Positions 39,038 to 50,500 of a stretch of DNA of 64,000 nt are shown here, in pieces. Where the stretch lies: assembly GCF_964204645.1 (NCBI RefSeq), contig NC_134025.1, positions 20,621,101-20,685,100 on the forward strand, given 5' to 3'. This stretch comes from Tubulanus polymorphus. Taxonomy: Eukaryota > Animalia > Nemertea. Made by a program: the position numbers and the translations under genes. Numbering within the stretch: the first letter of the stretch is position 1; each line of letters opens with the position of its first letter. Under the pieces are notes generated by a model, which saw nothing but the letters and a program-made list of their open reading frames with translations, was not told where the DNA came from and ran no database searches.

Positions 39038-40855
39038 AATTAAAATCTTGAATCTCGATGTGGGGAACATTTAGGGGGTTTACTACTGTACGTTCGTTCA
39101 TAAGCTTAGTCAATTTCCACGTGCAACGTCTTGAGACACAGGTTAAAATATTCGGAAATACATGATTACAGCGCCCTAATGGATAGGTCAGACCTCTTCT
39201 ACGCAGTACGTACCTAAGGCCTTAAGCGATTTTTACAATTATTGGCTGAGACATCTTTAAAATCCCTGATGACCTGACTGATAGGTGGCTTGATAGGAAG
39301 TTTATTGGTTAAAACCGCTCGATGACGATCAATTTTTAAAAGGTGTTAGCAGTCATTAGTGAAATCGAAGCCACCGAGTGCGGCCACAATATGCCTTCTC
39401 ATCGCTGACAGCGTTGTCTCAAGTAGCATTACGAATATGCGTTGTCGATTCAATTAAATTAGAACTTAAGCAACAAACTTTTGAATATACGCTGAAAACA
39501 ACTAATTTGATATAGAATACTACACCTCTGGGAATAGGTTCATTTGCGCCAGTGATGCGATATGGTGAATGGTAAAACGAAACAGCCGATGAATTAGTAT
39601 TTATGGAAAGCGCCGTATATCAAATCCAGGCGCATGTCATCACAAATGATTATTCTTGATTGACCCTGTAGCTAGTTCATTTTGTTCACGTACACTTCAT
39701 AGCGCATAGCATTTTACTTTCGCTAATTGGTCAAAGGACAGCAAGATCAGGAAAACATTGCCTGTACCAAGTGTGCTATCATTTACCTGATGTGTTGTAT
39801 CAGTGCTCACTATTATGTCATTTGAATCCAAACCTGAACGGCTCTAAAACGGCGTTGGAAGCCGTCTCCCGTATCAAAGTCATTTTCGAAATTTTCATTC
39901 AGGAATTCTCAAAGGCAGGTATCTTCGGCAACATGCAAAGTGTGTGATCGTTGATACATCAAGGCTTTGTATTAGAGAATACTCAAAAATTATGTACCTA
40001 TCGTTTTTCAAATGACACGCTTGAAAATGTCAATATACAAGAAAAATTGTTTATCTTCATCCATATAAAATCTCTACTATCGGTATCGATTGCAATTGCC
40101 AAACTTAGATATTGTGTTATCTCTTGTTTGTTGTAAAAGATGCTATAATTCACCATTTCCACGATAAGAAGTCATTCTATTCAAACCACCGACTGCATTT
40201 GTATGTTTAGAATACTTTATGGTTCAAGCAGCCCACGCATTCCAATAATATTGCTTTCTACGATCATGTACGTGTATACATTCGCGTTTTATAGAAATCA
40301 TCAGTTCCCCATAAAACCTACATATCCGTGTGTTGTGACCTATATGACAAAATGTTATCAGATAGAAACGATTGGTGTTGAACATGACGAGGGGCTGGTT
40401 GGTCATAAGATTGATTGCTCAACGGGGACAGATAACCTGGTACATTACACGACAGTGACAGATGAGCTGACCGACATTATGAATAAGACTGATCAAAACT
40501 TTTTATCACTTCCTACGTTACGATGTTTTCGTCTGAGGTATAATCCCTCGTATCCATAGTGTCACAGAAACACTAATATCGAAATCATCAAAAATTAATG
40601 AATTTTTGCAATCATACAATCGTACGTAAATTGCCAGGGGGCTGTTTTACAGAACAACGTAAACGTGATTAGCTTACTAATGCAACTTGAAGGATGTTTA
40701 AAGTCGTTTGTAAATAGGCCCCTTGTTTGGAACTTTAAACCCATCACGTGGGCTATTCCCGTCATGACAAAACTACAGCGGATGAAATAGCAATCATTGC
40801 TCTTTACACTAGCGGTCATTTTGGACCCAGTCTTAGTCAATGTGAGGGTCCCATA

Positions 40856-41368
40856 TTCAAGCCAATGGGACTCAAGAAGTCCCATCGGACTATTGCGTTC
40901 ACCTTTCGTCCATTCGCTCGTTCGTTCGTCCGTCCGCCCGCAGACGGAATCCAGTTATTTTTTTGGAAGTTTGTTAAAGACGCTTCAATTGGATTGTCTT
41001 ATTTGGTTTATACATGTTTCTAACCTAGACAAATGTGCAAAAACTGCTCCGGGCAGAATCAAGATGGTTGACAGGCAGTATTGTCGTTCGCCAAAATCAG
41101 TTTCTATTTTTGTACACATTTGCAGATGCTAAAATAAAAGATATAAGATATGTTTGTATCCCCCAAGGGCCAATAAGCCGTAGAAAAATTGGGTCATTTC
41201 GACTTGAGATATCTTGTGACCTTTTTGTGCGTAAAAAGATAATTTTTGGCCTGGATCCCAAGAACTGTAGCTTCTTAATGGTTTGCCATTCTTCATTAGA
41301 ATTCGTGATGAGTATACCTTTGAAGGACTCGTCAACATATCTGACGGGCTTTTCGATCAATCAATTGT
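40856..41368 (+). mobile_element. Helentron-associated (HINE/DINE-1-like) non-autonomous element
   Basis: Terminal hairpin atgggact-caaga-agtcccat followed by (CGTT/CGTC)n. The other end has subterminal gacgggctt..aattgt. Confidence 0.55.
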
Positions 41369-41389
41369 CACGCAATCGGTGACCATCTT

Positions 41390-42025
41390 AGTGTTATCAG
41401 TCCTCATTTGTAGATGGTAAAAGGTTATTTTTGAGGAAAATATCAAAAGGTTTTAACTTATACTCATGAAATTTAATAATTGTTAGCTCTGTCATAAGAT
41501 ACATCTTCTCGCATGGAATTGGGATCACCCATTTTTTGTTTTTTCGCCATCAGGGGAGGTGAATATTGAATTTTATACAATTCGTCAATTCACACTGGAA
41601 CCTACCTATTTTGTAACTGCAATCAATTGCAAAGTTGTAGCTCGTGACGCGCTCTACGATTGTGGCGAATTTCAAGGTCATTGGTTTCTGCATATGGTCA
41701 CCAGGGGGCGTTGAATAGCAGAATAACTTGGTGTTTTCATATCATATTAGTACCATTGTTACCACATTTTATGATTGTGGTCAGTTTGAAGGTCATTGGT
41801 TTCCGTAATGTTCAACAGGGGGCGTTGAATATTGAAATTTTCAGATTGTTGAGGATTTAAAACCACTTCCTAGAAGGGCTTTCTTGATTCATAGGTATTC
41901 CAATTCTTACCTTGAAAAGTTAGATACATCAAGCCGAACACATCACTCTAATTGCAAAAATCGAGATGTAGTGGGAGCCACCAAAGTAGTTCTCGGTGAC
42001 CCTGTGATAAGCATTTCAAATTCCG
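41390..42025. repeat. Repeat element with degenerate internal tandem units
   Basis: aaggtcattggtttc..cagggggcgttgaat recurs near 41550, 41700 and 41815. Confidence 0.45.
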
Positions 42026-42526
42026 TTGGTTTCATATCAATTCTATCAACTATTTGTTTTGTAGTGTTTTCGTTGATAACAATGTCTTGTTATTCTACGG
42101 ATATTTCGATTATTTTTTCAGATGCCGTCTTCGTTTGCTCGACGCCGGATCCAGATCGAATTACCGAAGATAACACTTATTGTGAACGGCTGATCAATCA
42201 ATTCATTCCATCCGATAATTCCGCGAAAACGCCTGGCGCGTAGCGAAGAGAGAATCGCGAATAAACTTCACTCATTCGAAATAGGAAATATTCGTGCAAT
42301 TGCACAGTGATGAATGATTTAGACGAGGTTCCGGTGCTTGGTTGGTTTATTATAGGAATCTTGATAGGCTAGTTAGACTAGCTGTGAAAAGGCGTTTACC
42401 CTAGAATACTAACTAGTAATATCCAAGCGGTTTATCTCTAGAGAAATACTGCTAATGCCTTGCGAGGGATGAAATGGACTATAACGGTTGATTCGTTCAC
42501 GGTGTGATTTATATTGACCATTCAGC

Positions 42527-44742
42527 ATGGATTCCACTGCTCTCGGAAGTGAAAAAGTATTCGAGTTATCGGCTCAGAATCGAGGTGGAAATGTCACGGC
42601 GAGTGGGGGCTATGTCGTCATCGCGGACTGCGGTGGCAATTGTACGGCGACAACTCCCAACAGCACGTCAACGCCTTTAAACGGCGATAATCTCGATCAT
42701 CTTTACCGCATCGAAACGTCGCTTCTAGCCGTCGTATTTACACTCGCCGTTGTCGGCAACACGGCAGTGATCGTCGCTATTTTCGGAAGGAAGAAGAAAA
42801 TCGGGCGGATGTTTTTATTCATCTTGCACCTCAGCTTCGCGGATATAATGGTAGCATTTTTTAACATCCTATCGCAGTTGCTGATTAAAACATTAGGACC
42901 GTACGGCACTTTAACCATACCCAGTAATGGTTTCTGTAAGTTCGTGATGTATATGCAATTGTTACCGCTGTACGCTTCATCTTATATTCTAGTCATGACT
43001 GCTATTGATAGGTACATAGCTATTTGCCACCCTTTACGAAATTACAAATGGACAACGAAGCGATGTCATGTTATGGTGGCATCTGCCTGGCTGATAGCTA
43101 GTCTTTTAAGTCTGCCGCAGTTATTCATATTCAGATTTCAGAAAGGAAGCACATTACCACCACACGATTATTGCCGAGACCAGTTCCACCTGTGGCCCGC
43201 GTGGATCGTCGCTTTTTATACCATATCTACGGCCGTATTTATATTCATAATCCCGCTTATTATCATAAGCTTCATGTACGGATTTATCAGCGTGGCCGTG
43301 TGGAGAAATGCTTACCTGAAAAAATCGTCGATGAATCCTAAGCCGTGGAGAACGGCCGCCGATACCGGGCGGGCTACGTCCGCTAGCCCCGGTGATTCTA
43401 ACAGAACGGATATGGCACCGAGGACACATTCCAAGCGCAGTTTCTCGCGGGCGAAATTAAAGACTGTTCTGTTGACTCTAGTCGTCATAATTGCATTTGT
43501 ATGTTGCTGGACGCCGTTCTACGCTTGCATGATCTGGTGGTCATTCGATCCACCTGCGGCAACAGGTACGTGCCTCCCATTGAAAATGGTCTGGTTACAA
43601 GCCTTGATCTCGATTAACCTTTACGTCGTAAGAAAGAGAACGTAAATGAACGCAATCAATAATAGTTTTTGACGTTGAATCAATTTATCTCAAGGTACAG
43701 GCCACGGTATTAGGCTCGAGCATTATGCGTTTAGTAAGGAAGTTGCCTGCATAGTATTTCTTTTATGGTATTATTTCCTATTTCATGTCAATTCGAGCGC
43801 TAAAAAGTCAGGTTAGAACCTACGAGAAGAGAAATCCCCGCCAATATAAAAAAACTTCTATGATATAACTGAAGATAATGATGTTGTGATTTATAGTAAT
43901 AGTAATAGTTATTAAAATTCTACAGCGCCCTTTTCACTCTGATACAAGCCTCAACAATTCTCATTAAAATTGGTAATATCACCCAAGCCAATAGCACGAT
44001 TTATATGATTATTGACCTTATGTTATATTTTATTTATTAATGAATTTAAGTCGGTATAATGGTGCATCGTCGAAATCATAAAGGCATAAAAGAACATCCC
44101 CATAATTATACACAGTGCTAATCACATTCTCGCTTCATTACAGCTAATGGATTTACGGTGATCGTTTTCATGTCAAATTTGAACAGCTGCTGTAACCCAT
44201 GGATTTATATGGCATTTAGTGGAAGTTTAGTTTCGAAATTGTTTCCGAAATGTCGGAAATATCGCAAAAACTGCGACGGCTGTACAACTCAGGGTAGGAA
44301 TTCCATGTATTCGAAATGCGACACAGAATTCAGCACGCTGTCTACCGGCAAGAAAAACCGGGTCTTTCGACAGAACAACTATTACGAACTGGCGACTCTC
44401 AACGCCGCGGCCAAACGACTCGAATCGGAGACCTGTTCGTTGATAATGGGCGATTGTTTCGCGAAAAAGAAAAATCCAGCCGCGAAATTGCTGGAGGATT
44501 TCGCGTTGTCGTCCACCGGCGAGAAACAACCGCTGAGAAGACAAAAGTCGATGAGCGACAGCGATATTTCGTTGAGCAGTCCGACGAAAAACGGATCCGC
44601 GGCCTGCTCGCACCGGCAGGTGCTCAAAATTCCGACGATCAAAATCAACGGCGAATGCGCTCGTGTCGAAAACGGCGCAAGAAATAATGATCTCTCTGTA
44701 AATATGTCCCGATCTTCTTCTGCCAATATTTATTCATCATAA
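42527..44742 (+). CDS. Oxytocin/vasopressin-type neuropeptide receptor (conopressin/cephalotocin/annetocin receptor-like), class A GPCR, 545 aa
   Basis: Exon A 42527-43565, phase-1 GT-AG intron 43566-44143, exon B 44144-44742. Motifs GN, ADIMVAFFNILSQL, DRYIAICHPL, LSLPQLFIF, SRAKLKTV, CWTPF and NSCCNPWIY. The TM6-TM7 intron is typical of this receptor family. Confidence 0.92.
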
Positions 44743-45381
44743 TACGCTCTAACCGAACAGTTTGATCGTGTAATTTCTATATACTGCCGCGATCCAATTT
44801 GAACAGACTACACCGTTCATCCGCGATAGAAGCGCGAACGCCTTTTGCTCAAGAACGTTTAGACCGCTAAATCAAAGTGCACATACCAGCGATTGTGTCA
44901 AGGGTGCTCTTTATCATCAGATCAGTGATACCGGGAGACCATCTGATGACGAGACTGAAAGTCAGTTTTATGATTACTATAGATCGACTTGGAACCGAAT
45001 TTTTAGGCTCCCGTATACAAAACAGAAGATTTTCTTTTCTACTCGGTGTTCGGAATAGTTTCCATCGCTGATTGATCTACTTATGATAAAAAAAGTCGGT
45101 CCGTTTTCATTGAAATGAACAAATGTTTTCCGGTGGCCACGCTACAAACGTCGTAAAAATTGTTGTTTGAACTTTAGTAGTGCTGTTGTTCGTATTCTGG
45201 AAAAATGCGAGTGAATTATTGTTAACGAAAATGACACAAAATGTTTATACACAAATATCGTATCTCTATGGCTATCATATTGATTACAAATTACATCAAT
45301 TACGATCCCTTCGCAACTTCAAACCTGATGACACCACGAGACTATAAACCACGGTAATGAAACATTCGGCGGCAGCTATTT

Positions 45382-45660
45382 TATGGAGGCTGATTCGGGC
45401 CATGACGTAAAATGCTCGATATGCAAATAAGGGCGCCAGAACGCAAAAACGAAAAAAGTCGGTTTTTTTCTTTTGAAAATCCCTTATTTTGCACCCGCCA
45501 AAACGAATATAAGTATTTCGCTGTGGTTGAACGTTTGTTTTGGCGGGGCGAACTGATAAAACTGATAAAAATCAACTTCAGTTTTACTCCAGCATTCTGG
45601 CAATTTCATTTGCATATATAATCAGGAATTTTACGTTATGGCTCGAATCATGTCACCATA
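45382..45660. mobile_element. MITE, TATGGTGGCTGATTCGGGCCA family
   Basis: tatggaggctgattcgggccatgacgtaaaa ... ttttacgttatggctcgaatcatgtcaccata. Confidence 0.75.
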
Positions 45661-46260
45661 ACTTACGCATCAGAACATGATTATAATTATACCTGTTCAG
45701 CCGATGAGTCAATGATGAAAGGTGTAAGGAAGCCTCTTGATTCGATATCAGGTTTTCGTACCGTTGCTGAAACCGGATGCCATCACGTTCGAAATCTTGC
45801 TGACGAGGAGGTGATAACGCGTGCGCGCGGTGTTTAGAAAAATAAATCTTGTTCGAATTTGTTCTTGAAAATATCTTTTGACTTTAAAAGACGTAGTGTC
45901 GATGGTGAATCCATTTCGATTCTTTTTGATGTATGATTAATGAAGAAGAAAGTTATCGGATTGAAGATCAAAGTTCCACGTTTTACAAAAAAGTGAAGGT
46001 GGAAGTTTCCATTACAATTAGTATTTGATGCTTTTGCAGGCATAAAGTATTCACGAATGATCTCGAGGAGAAAATACGTAGATGTTTGAATAGTTAAAGC
46101 GCCTAAATGGCCACAGAAGGAGTTGAATAGCGCCGAAAACGTGACGCAGATACTCATGTTCGAAGTGCAAGGAGAAATTCACTTAAAATCGTAGTTTGAT
46201 TCGACGAAACCACAGGATCACGCACAAACGTAAATTCACTATTTACAACGACGATTTTGA

Positions 46261-46481
46261 GCACGATATAATAAAAACCCGATATTAACAGATTAAAATT
46301 ATTTAAAACCGATAATCTATGGAATGAAATAAATATGCTGGAATACACGACGTTTCGATCTCACCCTAGAGACATCGGCATCACCCTAGAGACATCGATC
46401 GGCATCAGGTTTTGATTCAATAAATATTATCGGTTTTTGATAATTTTGATCTCTAGATATTGCATTTTTATTATATCGCGC
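46261..46481 (-). mobile_element. Penelope-like fragment: degenerate hammerhead inside an inverted repeat
   Basis: 46261-46329 is inverted at 46411-46481. Between them the minus strand reads CUGAUG..GAUC-GAAACGUC with an internal 20-bp tandem duplication. Confidence 0.55.
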
Positions 46482-46925
46482 GCGCTCTCTCTCTCCACGT
46501 TTGATTGCGGTTATTCTACCAGCGAGTTTGAGTGTACCCAAGTTTTCATTGCTGCCGATCAAATGCATCCGACTTTCTCGCGAAAAATTCTTGCTAGCCT
46601 TTTTGAATAGAAACCTGCATGACCATTTTGGGATATCAAAGTTATGTACTTTATTAGACACTCAGACGTGGAAAATCTATACCGTTATACCGTAATGAGT
46701 ACAATTTACTAGTTTTTGGTAGCAGATTCATTTCCACGGGCATCGGTGGGATGATCGGCATATTCTTGGCGGGCACGGGCCTCTGACAGATTACGTTTTA
46801 GAAACGAACGTCTTGCGTGATACGTAAAAATTCTACCATGCTTTAAATCCAATACAAATTTAAAAGAATAATTACAGAATTTATTCGTCGAGAATGGAAA
46901 TAAAAAATAAAAAAATATATATATA

Positions 46926-46962
46926 TAACGTTTCGGACTGACCGGAGACCATCGTCAGGTGC
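46926..46962 (-). other. Penelope-type minimal hammerhead core, stem I not formed
   Basis: Minus strand reads CUGACGA-U-GGUCU..AGUCC-GAAACGUU. Confidence 0.5.
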
Positions 46963-47544
46963 AGTAATCATTGAGTGTCCCCAAGTTGCGCCATTCCATT
47001 TGTCATTGCGAGTCACAGGGTCTATTCAGGCATTATTCCGAGTCGTGTATCGCGCTATTTCAAGCTCGAGGCAATGCACCAGAAATGCCCAAAATAAACA
47101 TCTTAATTTTGTGATATGAAAAATGAGGGCGTTGAGCTGACACACGAATTTCACTCAAGGGTAAACATTGCTCGTTTAGACGTGCAGACGTGTTATTTCA
47201 ATATCAGCATCCTCATCAATCATATATGCGTTTTCAGTCAAAACAGGTCGTTATTCGTCTTTCGTTTATGAAATTCAACAAGAAAATATCATAGCCAAAG
47301 AACAGGTCTACTGAGCACGCAGAACATCGGGCGGATTTTTCGCACAAGATCCGTGGTATAGACACGTAACTCAGAATGTCTCAGCGCGACTTTTAGCTAG
47401 GTCCTATTTTTGCATGTGGTCTGTATCTCATTAATAGTCGGAATCGAAGAACACACACCAACCACACGATACGTCAATATCGTGTTATAAATATTTGATC
47501 AATAACGATAACCTATTCACGTTTAATTGGATAACGATCTAGGA

Positions 47545-50500
47545 TCAAGATATCGCGAGATTTTCGACGAAATAAGTGATTAATAAAGTAAACTGGTGGC
47601 CCATGAAAAATCCGATACTCTGTACAAATCCAGCCATCATTCCCGCCGTTCTCTGCATCCTAGCATCCGAGCCGGCAGCTCTGAAATAGTAATTCAAGTT
47701 CAAAGATGAGGTTAAACTTGGACAGAAAGTAATTCATTGTTTGATAGATGAGTTAAACAAAGAGACCAGAATATCAAATCACAAGAACCACAATGTACTT
47801 GGGGGTAGGCTACACCTCAATTCATATGCTTTTGATACTTGACAAAAGCGATTTACGCACTTCTACAGTATCATATGCAATAAGCAATGATTCCATAAAC
47901 GGAATCATCAATTCGGTTTCCAACTGGTACAGGAGTATACGATAAAGATACTTGCATACGTATTCGCCGATCAACATTTTTTGCGAACAATGGATTCAAC
48001 TTACGTTTTAGCGTACATCATCGTCAGGCCGGAGTAGTAACCGTTCGTAAGACCCATCACAATCACCACGATCATGAACGCCCAGTCACTTTTAATCAGC
48101 ACGGGGAACGATCGCGTATCTGGACGATAGTTACACAACACTAACAGCACGATACCCAGTGCGCGCAAAGCCAATGGTATGATTGTGTATTTAGTCGATG
48201 GCTGGAATAGACAGTCATACGTAGATCATATTCTATGTTCACCAAAAAATATAAATTTTAATTGTTTCGAAAGAAAAATCAATCGCCTCTTTATCTTTTT
48301 GCTTAACTAAAGTTGCATTAATCGTCTAATTTTCAGTTTTGACACGTAACTGAAAGATTTTTCAAAAATTCTTAGTAATAATTTGTTCGCAGTCATCAAA
48401 GTCGAAGCGATCGAATGATCGGGAAGAGAATAAATGATAATGCATATACCGTAATAGTATACCGTATTCAAAGGGAGTAAACACAAGAACAAAGTTCATA
48501 AGGAACTACATGAGTCTAAAACGTTTTTTTGCAGTGGAACATGGTTACTCGATATAACAATTTATTGCCATAACAAATTGAATATTTTGACCCAAATAAA
48601 AGACATTTTACTCGTGTTACGGACGAACAGATACAGTTAAATACATCTTCATCTTGAATCGTTTAAGAATCACATTATCCGTGACAAGATTCGATGAGTA
48701 AAAAATCCCACGATGTGTTGACGTATTTAAATAGTTTATTTAAAGAATAAGAAATATGTCGGGTGGTTGCTACCACCCTTCTTCAGTCTAGAATGACATC
48801 TTCATCTTTTACTGATAGGCCATACTTTGTCGCGAAACAGACACGATAGTTTTGGGTTCACTACATAGTTGTGTCACGGTGATATTTTTAATATCAGTGC
48901 AGCGTTTTCTATAGAATTTTCTGAATTTAAGCTGTACTTGCCATATATCGCTGTCATTACCCAACATCAATTATTCTCCAGAAATATTTCTGATTAGCGA
49001 CGTGTGTGTGTGATTTATTCAAAATCGATTTTACGGAAGAAAAAGTAATCTCTTGAACGCCTTTCTTCATACGTAACGGAGCCGAGTTTTACGGTTTGAA
49101 CTTTAAGAGCCAATTTATCTATAATTACTGTTTACCCGATGTGTCAATATACGCTGCATATTCAACCGCCCTGACTGTACGATATGATTTGCACTTGAAT
49201 TGATGGGCGAAATATGATTAATCCGTACCTTTTTATTCAACAACTTTTGGAAATAAGAAGGCGGTAATTTAACAGCATTTTATGCAGTAAAATATGGCGA
49301 CGAGTGTTTGAATGAATGAATCTAATTTTCATTATACCAATTATTGCACAATACATGTACATTTTGGTTTTGGACATTTGTGGTTTGGACGCAATGAAGG
49401 AGACCCTCATGAATGAGAAGGGAGAATGACAAAATATGATAGAAAATAAGGAGAAAGACACTAACAAAAAGAAGTGAAAAAATACTTTCAACAAGCCACA
49501 GGCGACAACGTGTAAAACTTTAAGATTCCTGAATCCTCCAAACAACCAAGATCGATCCGCAAAGAGACACGTTAGTTTACGAGTATGATGATGATTCCAG
49601 TTTATTGACGATAGTGAAAGTGTCGAATCGAGAGTCAGATCGAGAGTGACCCCGAAACCATATTACAAATCCATTTTATACATTTCAATGAAAGTATAAA
49701 CAAATACTGTGTAGTCATGGAGTTGGTCAACGACTGCCTGATCATGCTAATCGCGCATAATCTGTTTGACCATCTCCATGACTATAATACTAAGACTATA
49801 AGAAGCTTAACAAATATATAGTAAATACGGCTTATGCCTAACAAACGGCTCAGGCTCGAACCCGAACTCCGAAATTACCGTGCGTTAGTTCCCATTGCAT
49901 TTTTTTTATATTACCTTCCAAGGCCAATAGCTAATAAAATTTGTCGCGAAATCTTTTTTAATTTCGATCCTGTCCTCAGTTATAAGGTCATCTTCAAGGT
50001 CATGGAAATACTGATGGAGATGGATACACTATTAATAGTTATAGACAGACTTTACTTGGTAGTGTGGACGAATGACATTATTGATAATAACAATGGCCAA
50101 TTTAATCAGGAGTAATAACTCTTATCTTCAAAGTTCAACGAAATTTCTGAAAGGTCTTTCTTAGTCGTTTTGAACGGATCTAACGCCTAACTAATTTAAG
50201 AGTGCGCAAATTCGTCGAATCGAGGTTACTGGCGAATGTGCTGTTGAAATATTAAATTCAACGCGCGGGCGACGGTTAAATGAAATATCCCCGGCTTTCG
50301 GCTTCGTATAATTGCTTAAAAGAAATCGAATTTGAGTCTGCAACATAATCTGTCGGCTGCTTGAATATTTGATGTTTTCATCAAATTGCATTTTCATGGT
50401 GAAACCCTGTCGTTGGCGAAACAGTTCGTTAATAGAATTACTTTTTTCTAATACGCATCGCTGAAAATTCGCTGTGACGGCGATGATAATTTTTGCATGA

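Noticed and set aside
43566-43645. Last part of ORF 42527-43645 (TCLPLKMVW...)
   Set aside because: Intron readthrough; TM7 is supplied by the exon starting at 44144.
44227-44726. Overlapping ORFs in other frames of receptor exon B
   Set aside because: Shadow frames of a GC-richer coding exon, with no motifs.
45324-45370. CUGAUGA..GAAAC on the + strand
   Set aside because: Stem II is not adjacent to GAAA and stems I and III are poor; too weak to call.
49712-49784. Hairpin tagtcatggag..ctccatgacta as a microRNA
   Set aside because: The large unpaired loop and TA ends fit a tiny MITE; resemblance to miR-281 is only partial.
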